Part shown: in pieces, positions 52,701 through 60,131 of the stretch | Position numbering within the stretch: the stretch's first letter is position 1 | Layout: every line of letters starts with the position of its first letter | Origin: a virus | Lineage: Duplodnaviria; Caudoviricetes | Virus record (IMG/VR): IMGVR_UViG_3300022591_000002 | Reading direction: 5' to 3' (one strand) | DNA length: 64,000 nucleotides | Program-made: the position numbers and the translations under genes | The notes under the pieces: model-generated | What the model saw: the letters and a program-made list of their open reading frames with translations, nothing else | What the model was told of the DNA's origin: nothing | Database searches by the model: none

Positions 52701-54275
52701 TTCAGCGCAAACAGCTCACAAGTTGTAACAGTTCCTGGCGTAACTAACTTTACAAATGCTACAACAGCAAGCTCAACAATTACTGGTGCAGTTATTATTA
52801 CTGGCGATATGGGTGTACGTGATATCTATGCACGTAACATCTATGCTAACGGATCATTAGTTGGTTCTGGCGGCGGCGGCAGTGGCGGTTCTTCAACAAG
52901 TACCCCATACATTGCAGTAACAAGTGGCACTATTGCTACATCAACTGGTACTGGCGCACTACAAGTATACGGTGGTGGTTCATTATATGGTAACTTGTTT
53001 GTTGGACAAAAACTAATTGTTAACAAACTGTACGACGACAGCGGTTCTTACGTACAAGTTGGCGGACCAATTGAAAGCACAAATAACGTATCTGGTGCGG
53101 CACTATATGCGGCAGGCGGCAATAACTTATTGTACTACTCACAAGACTGGTCAGTAAGTAACAGCAACTGGACTAAGGTAAACAGTTCAGCAGGTTTAAA
53201 TGCTACAACAAGCCCAGATGGTACAACTAACGCTACGTTATTAACAGAATCAGGTGCAACAGGTAACCACTACTTTAACCAAGCGTTAACTGGTGTAACA
53301 GGTCCTGTAACATTTAGTATCTATGCTAAGGCAAATACACGTACTTACATTGCGCTGTATGTAAACGCAGGCGGTTCACAACACGGTGTTTACTTTAATC
53401 TAAGCACTGGTGCATACCAAGTTGGCCCAGCACCGTTGTACAACACAACTGGTAAGATCGAGGCAGTTGGTTACAACGGTTGGTATCGTTGTTCTATTAC
53501 AGTTTGGGCAATACCAGGTGCGGCAATTACTACATTTGGTGTATACTCTGCACAGGGTTACGACACATTAATCAGTGGAACTAATACAAGTTTCACAGGT
53601 ACAGGCGGTGCGGGTGCTTACATTTGGGGCGCACAAGGTGATCCAGGGTACCTAGCAGGTCCATACCAAGTTACAACTAACGCATTAGTAACAGCAAATA
53701 ATAACATTTATGCTGGTGGTAGTTTATATATTGCTAACACAGCAACAGTTAATAACGCACAAGTTGTTACTACTGCTACATTGATGACTAACTTAGGATT
53801 GTATGGCTCAACTCCAAACACTCTAATTATCAACAATGCAACAAACTCAACAAGTACCAACACAGGTGCTCTACAGGTTGTTAACGGTGGTATTGGTATT
53901 GGTGGCAATGCTTATGTTGGCGGAACACTATATGCTACTGCTAAGAGCTTCTTAATTGATCACCCAACTAAGAAAGGATATAAATTACAGTATGGTAGTT
54001 TAGAAGGTCCAGAAAACGGCGTATATGTACGCGGTAAGTTAAATGGTCGAGTAATTGAACTACCAGACTACTGGAACTCATTAGTTGATATGGACACTAT
54101 TACAGTTGACCTAACACCAATTGGTAAGTTCCAGAAACTATACGTTGAGAAGATTGAAGGCAACAAGATTTATGTTGATAACGACAGCATGTTTAGCGGC
54201 AATGTTCAATGCTTCTACACAGTATGGGCTGAACGTAAAGATATTGATAAACTCAACACAGAGTTCAAAGGATAA
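40731..54275 (+). CDS. Giant tail-fibre or adhesin-like protein (4514 aa) with beta-helix, LamG-like and YadA-like repeat regions
   Basis: TAAATA at 40684-40689. More than 20 STxTGALxVxGG repeats; YTVECWVY...WHHVALVR...FTGNIDEFRVS (LamG-like, about 44040-44450); NxxIG repeats at about 52140-52700; C-terminal KSFLIDHP...LEGPENGVYVRG. Confidence 0.75.
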   Translation: MAYNDDFIVKNGLVVRATNLANYNSTSTQTGAITTPGGAGIGGNVFVGGQLNVLTSATLAELRVSDVAKVLSSAINTATISPDGNALQVTGGIYAGSINIGGLGFIKGSQILTQADGFKGGVISDPLVINTNTNSTSTTTGALSTPGGIGIGRDLWVGGFISATNAIYSLGYQVPTLLTVQAGTGLAGGGTLSATNATITLSNAGVLSLTGGTGINVNTATGNITITNIGVQQVTAGSDIQLSSNTGSVLISDISTLQSVTTRGNNTNQIINVLNWTSSTGVYNTTSNAFNVLGGASFGSINVANTSYQGGAQIVTTSTINQFIGGTIQNPLRVANSTTSVSTQTGALIVDGGVGIGQDVYIGKTLNVAGNATIYGSLSVLGTYTVVTVNSTETFIVSPLVDIGTGRDNAPLTINDTFDRGIVVHYNTGSNTTFDNHAFFGRVSASGEFTYLTDVQPGGLTEILTNPLAGGNLGTAKFGQLKLAGGTPATGYGTGDLIVTGGGSFNGSLYSTAIYDYGRRVLNNASIVGSVGVGVGVTTTASGVTISLTNTGVTSIIPGTGILANGTVNSQTGVVTIANSGVLSILQAAGQDSDIGLTWSTGNAGNVLITNQATLATVTRRGNTSSYQIILSNAGQSVTNSSTNALYLSGKGGIYAGSIMLETTSTINGSEILTTATINQSLGGIIPNPIHITSAVGSVSTQTGALIVDGGVGFEKNLNVQGPVVINQSLSVLAGVSSFAGDTSVGGNLYTTGTQFVGTITSPNANLYLNTVPGTGNVYANSVNLNYSLANVYYVQSNGSDSNDGLRASTAFLTVAKALSVVTSGGTVLIGPGTFTENFPLTIPQGVTVKGAGLRATVIQPTSGSNTQDGFLLNGETTLSDLVVSGYYNPGYGVKFATNAKITTKSPYVERVSFITKGTTTSSTDPYGYAAGNAGNGAKLDGSVLNSSSLEPTMLFNEVTFIVPNATGMYMTNGVRAELLNGFFYFASKAVNAVAGSTGYGGTGRTRLKLSQVAGTFTAGDTMYYSDPQGNILGSGVIAANDGTYVYLNGPAWGFRTSSNGTAKVVTPFGAVQTSTSNYKFSTASALFNSATSDYLQILSDSTMQFGTGAYTVECWVYVTSIGATQTIFQKGNPNTPATSFGLRISASGVLVGTDGSAVLTGSTTLTTGAWHHVALVRDTNSNKATVFLDGNIEASQTGVTYSVSNTDPFDIGGDSTNGQWYFTGNIDEFRVSSVVRYTSSFTLASNPFGYDSVTVFLMHMNGANGGTQFDTDATETQNVYSIGNSPASAKNIALADYHQFGAELRCIGSAAVFGNQGVIANGTGTDLKLISFNMSFVGAGGDITDDASLTVQANEVLQQNGGKVFYQTVDQSGDFRVGNSFYVNQNTGAVSFGNANLNLTSLASLLISNGTNSTSILPGSVQAGEMLISGNTLGSAAGNININPAGTMTIVQSNLQVNGNFSVQNLVVPGSADSTSTTTGAIQVVGGIGVGQSIFVGSTLSSTTTVAGNAITVNTGGIGAQTLYIASYGYIGNAKIVTTATIGSALGGIVPNALHITNLGQSTSTTTGALVVDGGVGIGGNLTIGGNLNLLGGGSVLTNITATTDNYIGASVTKSGTTSTINIVNLGVQSLFGGSDISLSSNTGTITVNNVSTLDTVLGRGSSSAQAVSLTNASVSTTTIAGNALAVTGGIGASNLYISNAGFIGGSQIVTSSTIGTLVGGQAITNPLQITSTSSTALNIPNGGAYVGGNVVIGGSLNVAGTVTSINSTSVDIGNKVVFLSTLSASSILAQGAGIVIGKDDGIEADRWASLLFDGQGGGYGGNWISKGGFVPSADNYFDLGSNATQWQNLYVKTVNFNAAVSTSTVFNTATIAGNSIATTGGISAAHLYLSQDGWIGTARIITTANLGSYTTVFDGGTIHSPLIELDPTQSASTATGALQVVGGAGIGKNLYVGGNSIHLGNVYTTGTTFASAIYDNNNRVITAINVNAGTGISLSTAQLTGPSATLTITNVGVTAITVGAGLSVNQSTGTVNIVNTGVTSITAGTDIVVSASAGDITISDTSTLDSVTQRGATTTATVVFNNAAFTTTSIAGNAVQVTGGLGVNNLYVQTSGYINGAQIVTTSTLNSFSGGDINNALRITNATEASSTQTGAFQVVGGAGFGKSVWVGKDLHVLGDLYIDGVNTIVNSTSIQTGDKTISLSTASLVSGNATGAGIKIGPSTSSYATFLFDGNSSWSSGASVVPATSLNYNLGSPSLVWSNVYSANAIISANTQATTTQTGSLQLAGGAGIGKQVVVGETVNILGNYSNTTTQAGNSLGVAGGGYFGGTLNVQQGAWVGGSQVVTTYNPFDTIFISQTQSTNTQSGAFQVVGGVGIGANLNVGGLVSIANNTESTTTPSSNALVVTGGIYADMININTIGVINGGIIITTATIGNFAFNGGVINKPINITTTTVASSSITGALTVTGGVGIGGATFAYGTFTSQTTASFRYIQMSTATITGVFSSTSALSNTSTIVGNAIQVAGGIGTNYLNIKTAGWLNGSPILTANTLNSYSGGTINNALIINTATQSLNTTTGALQVVDGGVGVGGNMWIGGSYNFIDPTFTAQGYFGPSVDLSTVQMGAFANLPAVILSNNAEVARFKTGLTGFGNNNPVFGLDLVSPSAQAGSANTISNMLSLVSTNWQANFSADVPTFEITQTSRDSGNTFENWISVGEQAAGVAQALVFAGGNYYNNGGTPTVTEWARFTPAGNFVAQNQIQAQTEVINSSNNSTSTIAGNALQVTGGIGAAKLYLSQEGWIAGGKIITTANASSIAFNGGTITTPLYINTTTQSSSNITGALRVQGGAGILLNLNVGGVASMNGGLVSVNNTFTNINTITLGSLNVGGNVTFTTSTAAAGVTAGNAGVVVTGGVGINKNLIVNDTATVLSSIASTTTIAGNALQVTGGIGGKSIYLTDVGYINGAQIVTSSTINAFSGGSISNALNLSNLTNAVNTSTGALTVAGGVGIGQDLWVGGGLHLLGDLFVDGTQTIIDSTRIQTGDKVIYLSTGSANATLASGSGLAIGAPGTVFASLQFDGISTWQSGANLSPTTSGGFNLGSASLPWNTEYVQFSRINGGTQSTTATNGTLVVTGGVGVSGNLNIGTSATIASQLFNLAQANVTQNALYVAGGIGAQYLNIANTGYVAGSPIITAANIAGYQFSGGTITGILTSTNTTSSLSTQTGAVQIRGGIATGDNLWVGNAAMILGTTSSAVSTTSNALQVVGGIGAYSIYLANNGYINGSQIVTAATINNFSGGTINSSLTVNSSTQAVSTTTGAFQVTNGGIGIGGNIWAGGYINVGGTANQAVTLGTTATGSLQVLGGASITGGMNIGGSTYFAQKVGIGTITPGVSPGAATLEVNGDAVFGAGNSSRVQITNGGGSNAIYEVQGSETGYRWQIGSNLVTIGVAGMGFMNQNQTLSGGGVAIGAVSGASGNLGLYTSNGSALTLRVQVDTSGKMIIGGSGPTTPLAKLDVRGDLRLQSGNTEHVILSNGASQYVAVDFTRTNTGNSADFRVAINGSAGNFSPNAQAGDATLSFSSNIYFANQNTYEVAKITPTGLVITTATVASSASSGALQVQGGAGVTGNFYVGSASSFTGAVYVASAVATTSSKSPNALVVAGGIGAASLWLDNPGWINGYQIVTTANIGSFTGAFNGGTVTNPIYINNTTNATSTSTGALYTVGGIASSKDLWVGGNATVVGSTTLQSTLGVSGVATVYSTASSTVGTASNALVVIGGLGVASTIYSTGDHYIGGMRVGLGGGAVASNVAIGAGAMTSAASGTYNIGIGSNALTSLSSGNYNIGIGLQALQNAGATVNNVAIGTQAMNGGSPGSSGVAVGYQAGQYAQGNYIVAIGQGALAGAGVTNAGSSNIGIGYQAGNVITSGGRNIILGYQAGLTLAGGSQNVLVGYQAGQSITSGGNNVVIGGNNGSGISSSNNNVIISDGSGNIVFSANSSQVVTVPGVTNFTNATTASSTITGAVIITGDMGVRDIYARNIYANGSLVGSGGGGSGGSSTSTPYIAVTSGTIATSTGTGALQVYGGGSLYGNLFVGQKLIVNKLYDDSGSYVQVGGPIESTNNVSGAALYAAGGNNLLYYSQDWSVSNSNWTKVNSSAGLNATTSPDGTTNATLLTESGATGNHYFNQALTGVTGPVTFSIYAKANTRTYIALYVNAGGSQHGVYFNLSTGAYQVGPAPLYNTTGKIEAVGYNGWYRCSITVWAIPGAAITTFGVYSAQGYDTLISGTNTSFTGTGGAGAYIWGAQGDPGYLAGPYQVTTNALVTANNNIYAGGSLYIANTATVNNAQVVTTATLMTNLGLYGSTPNTLIINNATNSTSTNTGALQVVNGGIGIGGNAYVGGTLYATAKSFLIDHPTKKGYKLQYGSLEGPENGVYVRGKLNGRVIELPDYWNSLVDMDTITVDLTPIGKFQKLYVEKIEGNKIYVDNDSMFSGNVQCFYTVWAERKDIDKLNTEFKG

Positions 54276-54278
54276 AAA

Positions 54279-54932
54279 ATGGCATCAACATTCGGACCAC
54301 AGATTCCCTTAACTAACCTAGCGTACTACCTAGATCCGTATAACTCTAAAAGTTATAGTGGATCGGGCAGTACTGCTTACAACTTAGTGGATAATCTACC
54401 TTCAACACTATCTTCTATTACCTATTCAGGTGGTAGCTTTAGTAATGCTACAGCAGGTGCTATTGTTAGTGGTGCAAGTTACAACTTAAACCTTGCTACA
54501 GGATTTACTGTAATGCAATTTTTAAACTTAAACAGTAGAACCGGCGGCTTCTTTAACTATGTTTCTGGTTCTAACAGCGTTAACTTGTACGCAGGTAACT
54601 TAACACAGATGCGTTGGGAAACATACAGTACCAACGGTGACTTATATTCAAATACAACAATTCCATTGAATCAGTGGCATTGCTGGACTGGAACATTTGC
54701 CGGAACATCATCTGGCGGTAGTACTGCATTAAGCAGTCTTTATTACAACGGAGTATTAGACAACTCAGGAACTGTAAGCGGTCCATCGAGTAACAATGCT
54801 ACATTCCAAGTTGGTGTACAATCTGGCCCATGTAACGGCCTAATTGGTCCTACACTTTTCTGGAATACTGCGCTATCTGCTTCCCAAGTACGTGCGGCTT
54901 ATGTAGCACTAAAGGGCAGATACGGACTATAA
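54279..54932 (+). CDS. LamG/concanavalin-A-like lectin-domain protein (217 aa)
   Basis: LAYYLDPYNSKSYSGSG, WHCWTGT, LYYNG and WNTALSASQV motifs. Confidence 0.75.
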   Translation: MASTFGPQIPLTNLAYYLDPYNSKSYSGSGSTAYNLVDNLPSTLSSITYSGGSFSNATAGAIVSGASYNLNLATGFTVMQFLNLNSRTGGFFNYVSGSNSVNLYAGNLTQMRWETYSTNGDLYSNTTIPLNQWHCWTGTFAGTSSGGSTALSSLYYNGVLDNSGTVSGPSSNNATFQVGVQSGPCNGLIGPTLFWNTALSASQVRAAYVALKGRYGL

Positions 54933-54955
54933 TTTAAGGTAAATATTGGAATACT

Positions 54956-57616
54956 ATGGCATACAGTAATCGTAACATTTTAATAACCCCAAATATAGGA
55001 TCTGCATCAGCTGAGCCTATAATTGCGTACCAGGGCGGTAGCGCAAGCACATCTGCGACTCTGTATGCACGTGTGCTAGATGCTGGTACACTAAGTTGGG
55101 AAGCAACAGCAGGCCAAGTTCATACTATTGGCGACGGTATGACTGGACAATTTTTCTCAGTCAATGACGTTAGCGGTATCCCAAGTATTACTGTAAACAG
55201 CACAGGACAAATTCAATTAGCACCATATCAAGGTTTTGTAACCATTGGTGGTAATACTCAATCAACAACTACAGGTACTGGTTCACTACAAGTTTTAGGT
55301 GGTGTTGGTATCAGTGGTAACTTAAACATTGGTGGTTCATTTAACCTAAGTGCTAACTTAGCAGTTGGCGGTGCGGCTAGTACATACGGTTTATCAGTTA
55401 ATACAACTACAAACATTGCGGCATATTTAACTACTAACTCTGCAACTGGTCTTGCACTTCAAACTGGTTCTTACAGAGGTATTGGATTCAACAGTTATAC
55501 ATTAGACGGATCTACATATACTGTAATGGGCACTGGCTTTAACGGTCAAATTCAATTACAAGATTCAAACGGATTTAAATTTTTAGTATCAGCGGCTTCA
55601 CAAAGTGCTAACGCAGTAGCAACACAATTTAATGCACTAAACATTAACTCAACACAAATTATTGTTCCGCAATCAACAGCGGCTACAAGTACATCAACTG
55701 GTGCTATTACAACATATGGTGGTATTTCATCAGGTGGCGCTCACTGGGCGGGTGCTGATAGTTATTTTAACGGTGTGCGTATTGGTCAAGGTAACTTACT
55801 TGCTACATCAAATACAGTAGTTGGTTTTAACTCAGGTGGTGCATTAACAACTGGCGGCACCTCAAACACATTCTTAGGTAACTTATCAGGTAACGGTGTA
55901 ACAACTGGTGCAAGTAATACATTGGTTGGTTACAACAGTGGTAACGCATTAGCGGCAGGCGGTAGCAATACTGCACTTGGAGCATCTACACTGGCATTTG
56001 CGGCAGGCGCATCAGTACAAAATAATACCGCTGTCGGTTATCGTGCAATGGGTATTAATGCTCTTGCAACTGGCGGTAACACAGGTATTGGCGCTAACGC
56101 ATTACTACAAATGACCAGCGGTCAAAATAATACTGCTATCGGTTATGGCGCAGGTTCTGGTACAGCTACAAACAACAACGGTGTGTTTATTGGATACAAC
56201 TCAGGTAACTCTGTTGCATACGATAACTGTGTTGTTATCGGTAACAACAGTGGCGGCACAATGAGTGCGGCTGGACAAATTATTATTGCCAACGGTGCTG
56301 GTACACAGCGTATTTTTATTGATGCTACTGGTAACGTTACAATTAGCGCAACAACAGCGGCAAGCACAACAGCAGGCGTAGGATCATTAATTGTATCAGG
56401 CGGCGCGGCAATTGCTTCTGGTTTAAACTTAGCTGGTGCGCTATACGCAAACAATTCTGCAGGTACTAACGGTTATTTCTTACAAACAACTGGTTCTGGT
56501 ATTCAGTGGGCGCAGGCCGCATCTTCAATATCTAACATTACAACATCTGGTACTTATTACCCAATGTTCACTAGCTCAGTTAGCGGAACAATTACAGTTG
56601 ACTATGTTGACTCTTCACACTTAGTATACAATCCAGCTACTGGCGCACTATCTGTAACAGGTAACATTAGTGGCGGTACTGGTGGTCAAATGTTTGCAGG
56701 TACAATGGGTATTGGTGTTGGAACAACTAACGCAGTTGGCTCAGGTGGTGCAGTACTACAAATTGGCTATAAAGATGGTAGTACAAACTTATTACGTATT
56801 GGTGACGGTTCTAACTCAGCTAACTCAAGCTATAGATGGCGTGTTGATCAAACCTATAACTGGATCGCCAACAGCGGCACAGCTGATAACTTCTCTGTAG
56901 CTAGCTCAACAGGTAACGTATCAACTCCAGGTACTATTCAAGGTGGTGGTAGCTCTACTAGCGTTGTTGGTGCATTGAGAGCTGGTGCAGGAGGTGGTGG
57001 TACTGGTGGTGATGTACAGATTAATACAGCATATCCAACTATTTGGTTTAATCACACAACACAGATGCCGGCGTATTTGCATAATAACAGTAACTTGTTA
57101 TATGTGCTACGTGGCGCAGTAGGAGCAGGTGCAGGTTCTTGGACACAGGTTAACGGTCAGTGGCCATTAATTAGTGACTTATCTAACAACAACCTTACAG
57201 TTGGTGGTACGTTATATGTTGTAGGTGATGCTTATACAGCTACATCAGACGAAAGATTAAAAAATATTGAAGGGCCAATTACTGATGCAATAGCAAAAAT
57301 AATGACCCTAGACGGTTTCTACTATACTGATAACGAAATTGCTACATCGTTAGGTGTGCAAGGCGGTCGTAGAAAACTAGGTTTAAGTGCTCAGAAATTG
57401 AAAGCAGTGGTTCCAGAAGTTGTAGTTCCGGCACCGTTTGATAGAAATGAGAAAACAGGCGAATCACGCTCTGGAGAAAACTATCTAACAGCACAATATG
57501 AACGTGTGGTTCCTCTACTAGTAGAAGGTATCAAAGAACATGAGCGTACAATACAAGCGCAAGCCGCGCAAATAGACGAATTAAAAGCGTTGGTACAACA
57601 ACTGCTTAATAAATAA
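54956..57616 (+). CDS. Tail fibre with C-terminal intramolecular chaperone (peptidase S74-like) domain
   Basis: TAAATA at 54940-54945; NTxVGY repeats; TSDERLKN...GLSAQ...VVPEVV...YERVVPLLVEGIKE followed by a coiled coil. Confidence 0.82.
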   Translation: MAYSNRNILITPNIGSASAEPIIAYQGGSASTSATLYARVLDAGTLSWEATAGQVHTIGDGMTGQFFSVNDVSGIPSITVNSTGQIQLAPYQGFVTIGGNTQSTTTGTGSLQVLGGVGISGNLNIGGSFNLSANLAVGGAASTYGLSVNTTTNIAAYLTTNSATGLALQTGSYRGIGFNSYTLDGSTYTVMGTGFNGQIQLQDSNGFKFLVSAASQSANAVATQFNALNINSTQIIVPQSTAATSTSTGAITTYGGISSGGAHWAGADSYFNGVRIGQGNLLATSNTVVGFNSGGALTTGGTSNTFLGNLSGNGVTTGASNTLVGYNSGNALAAGGSNTALGASTLAFAAGASVQNNTAVGYRAMGINALATGGNTGIGANALLQMTSGQNNTAIGYGAGSGTATNNNGVFIGYNSGNSVAYDNCVVIGNNSGGTMSAAGQIIIANGAGTQRIFIDATGNVTISATTAASTTAGVGSLIVSGGAAIASGLNLAGALYANNSAGTNGYFLQTTGSGIQWAQAASSISNITTSGTYYPMFTSSVSGTITVDYVDSSHLVYNPATGALSVTGNISGGTGGQMFAGTMGIGVGTTNAVGSGGAVLQIGYKDGSTNLLRIGDGSNSANSSYRWRVDQTYNWIANSGTADNFSVASSTGNVSTPGTIQGGGSSTSVVGALRAGAGGGGTGGDVQINTAYPTIWFNHTTQMPAYLHNNSNLLYVLRGAVGAGAGSWTQVNGQWPLISDLSNNNLTVGGTLYVVGDAYTATSDERLKNIEGPITDAIAKIMTLDGFYYTDNEIATSLGVQGGRRKLGLSAQKLKAVVPEVVVPAPFDRNEKTGESRSGENYLTAQYERVVPLLVEGIKEHERTIQAQAAQIDELKALVQQLLNK

Positions 57617-57639
57617 GAATACACAAGGAATTTACCAAA

Positions 57640-58752
57640 ATGGCAATTTACAGCAACGGATTATTAGTTATTGATAACACAGGAAACGTTATTCCTGCAA
57701 AGTACACCACACGTGGTAGTTTAGCGGCTACGTCAACTCCGGGTTACATCGGTTACGTAAGTGATGTTAACGACTTTGTATTTTCGACTAACAGATATCC
57801 ATCAACCGGCCCATCCGGTAACACATACCCTCCAATTACACAAGGTGGTACTCAAGCCTACTACGCATGGTACAAGTTTGTTGCTAAACCAAGCGATTAC
57901 AAAAACGAAATTGTTATTCAACAAGGTTCAGTATCTGGCGGTTATGTAGGTGGTAGCATATGGTCGAACATTCTTCACGTTCACCATAGCTGTGACGTTG
58001 CATTAGAGCAACCACAAACACTAAACTTTGCAACATATTATGGCGGTTGGCACTCTTCAGAATGGTATGCTTACCATCACCAAGGTAACTCAAGCGTTCA
58101 AGCTAACAAACAAGACTGGGCGTCTTGGACAGTTACAACAATTAGTAACCGCCCAACAGGTTCTTACTCACCTAACTCATGGCACAACGGTACTAAAGTT
58201 GGTTCAAACAACAACTACGCTATGATTCAAATTGGTGGTACAGGTAACTACATTAACTACAACACAGACTCATGGGGCACTGGTTACGCAACTCCAGGTT
58301 CACACTCTTATGGTTCTGGTGTTCCTGCAGAAGGTAACTATGGTTACAACTTTACTCCAGGTCAAGGTGGTGCATACAAGTGGAACTTTACTACTATGAC
58401 ATCATCCGGTGGTTTAGCAGGTGAAGCACCGTTTGGTGGCGGTACTGCTGGTAAGGCTATGATGACCAAGTATTACAAGTGGTATCATAATCCAAACGCA
58501 TCATCTGCATTCTCTCGTTATAACGTATCAAGCGACAGCTGGTCTGGTTCTCCAAGCTCACAGTATAACAACGGTGAACAATGTTCAGTTATGGGACAAG
58601 ACTACGGTTATATGATTGCTGGTTATAATGGCGCACAGAACAACGTTAGCCAAAAAACTTATTACCCATCGGATAGTCACCAAGTGTTGGGTTCAGTTTA
58701 CAGTCAACGTAACCAATCTTCAGGAAATGCTTGTTACGGACCTCTACCTTAA
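57640..58752 (+). CDS. G/S/Y/W/N-rich protein, probable beta-propeller-like fibre or receptor-binding protein (370 aa)
   Basis: TAAATA at 57610-57615; aromatic/Gly-rich blade-like segments (YGYMIAGYNG). Confidence 0.5.
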   Translation: MAIYSNGLLVIDNTGNVIPAKYTTRGSLAATSTPGYIGYVSDVNDFVFSTNRYPSTGPSGNTYPPITQGGTQAYYAWYKFVAKPSDYKNEIVIQQGSVSGGYVGGSIWSNILHVHHSCDVALEQPQTLNFATYYGGWHSSEWYAYHHQGNSSVQANKQDWASWTVTTISNRPTGSYSPNSWHNGTKVGSNNNYAMIQIGGTGNYINYNTDSWGTGYATPGSHSYGSGVPAEGNYGYNFTPGQGGAYKWNFTTMTSSGGLAGEAPFGGGTAGKAMMTKYYKWYHNPNASSAFSRYNVSSDSWSGSPSSQYNNGEQCSVMGQDYGYMIAGYNGAQNNVSQKTYYPSDSHQVLGSVYSQRNQSSGNACYGPLP

Positions 58753-58763
58753 TAAGTAGACAC

Positions 58764-60131
58764 ATGAAAACAATATGCATAGTAGGCGGTGGGACAGCTG
58801 GTTGGCTATCCGCCGCTTATCTTATTAATAAGCTACCCGATTACCAAATCCAATTAATAGAAAGTCCTAACATTCCTACTATTGGCGTGGGCGAAGGAAC
58901 ATGGCCTAGCATTATGAAAATGCTAAATGATCTAGGAATTAAGGCTACTGAATTAGTTGCACTAACCGGTGGCGGTGTTAAACTAGGCATTAAATTTATT
59001 GACTTTGCTGAAACTCCGTTTTGGTTGTCTACAGACCCAGACTGGGAAACGTGGGGCAGTGATTTAACAGCGGCCGTTGGCAATAATAATAAATGTCCGT
59101 GGCTACAAGATAACAGTATGCACGGTTGTCATTTTGTTGCGTCTGAATTAGCTAACCTATTACAACAACGTAGTGTTGAAAAAGGTGTTCAACTAGTTAA
59201 CGCAGAACTTGTAAATGTTGAGATGGACGGTGATAATTGTAAGAGTGTAACTTTAGATAACGGCGCTCAAGTAACTGCTGATTGGTTTGTAGATTGTTCA
59301 GGGTTTAAGAGATTACTAATTGGTAAAACAGACAGCGAATTTCAAAGCTACGATAAAGAGTTACTAGTTGATACAGCTATTGTAGGACAAAAGCCTTACA
59401 CAGATCCTGAAAAAGAGTACGAGCCATTTACATCTAGTATAGGAATGACGTCTGGTTGGCGATTTAAAATTCCAGTCTACGAGCGCACAGGCAACGGATA
59501 CATCTATAGCAGTCAGTTTATCAGTGATGAAGACGCTAGGGTAGAGTTTGCTAATGCAACTGGTATTGAAAATCCTAGAAAAATTGTAATGAAACCTGGA
59601 TACTACAAAGAAATTATCAAAGGTAACATTATTGCGGCAGGAATGAGTAGCGGGTTTATAGAACCATTAGAAGCCACAGCAATTCATTTAGCAGGAAAAA
59701 CTATTGAATATGCAGTTGAAGTTATAAAAAGGCGCAAAAATCATACTTGGGCAAACGCAGAAATACAAGAAAGAATACGTTATATTAAAATTGTGGTGCT
59801 TAGTCACTATGCTTTTAGCAAGAGAAAAGAGCCATTTTGGGTAGCGGCAAGCGAAGCCGCACGTAACTCAAAAGACTTCCAGGATTTCTGGCGCTCTCTT
59901 AAATATAAATATCCAACGAAGGAAGATAACCTCGATAACGGTTACCCTTATTTTCAATGGAACGAACTGCTAAAAGGGTTTGGTGAAGAACATTACTATC
60001 CTAAGATATCAAAGGATGCTAAAGTACAAGTTTATCTTGCACAAAAAACATTACCAAATCATTACAGGCACATAACAGAGATAAGGATTAAAAATGGAAT
60101 CGACAGAAAAGAAAGTTTGGCAAATAGCTGA
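58764..60131 (+). CDS. Flavin-dependent (tryptophan-halogenase-family) halogenase, 455 aa
   Basis: IVGGGTAGW, IPTIGVGEGT, KLGIKF (catalytic Lys position), WFVDCSGF, GWRFKIP and GFIEPLEATAI motifs. Start ATG 58764 (MKTICIV). Confidence 0.88.
   Translation: MKTICIVGGGTAGWLSAAYLINKLPDYQIQLIESPNIPTIGVGEGTWPSIMKMLNDLGIKATELVALTGGGVKLGIKFIDFAETPFWLSTDPDWETWGSDLTAAVGNNNKCPWLQDNSMHGCHFVASELANLLQQRSVEKGVQLVNAELVNVEMDGDNCKSVTLDNGAQVTADWFVDCSGFKRLLIGKTDSEFQSYDKELLVDTAIVGQKPYTDPEKEYEPFTSSIGMTSGWRFKIPVYERTGNGYIYSSQFISDEDARVEFANATGIENPRKIVMKPGYYKEIIKGNIIAAGMSSGFIEPLEATAIHLAGKTIEYAVEVIKRRKNHTWANAEIQERIRYIKIVVLSHYAFSKRKEPFWVAASEAARNSKDFQDFWRSLKYKYPTKEDNLDNGYPYFQWNELLKGFGEEHYYPKISKDAKVQVYLAQKTLPNHYRHITEIRIKNGIDRKESLANS

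Noticed and set aside
22200-57616. CRISPR array or diversity-generating retroelement behind the repeats
   Set aside because: Repeats are in-frame coding units with no repeat-spacer periodicity. No reverse transcriptase gene or adenine-specific variable/template pair was seen.
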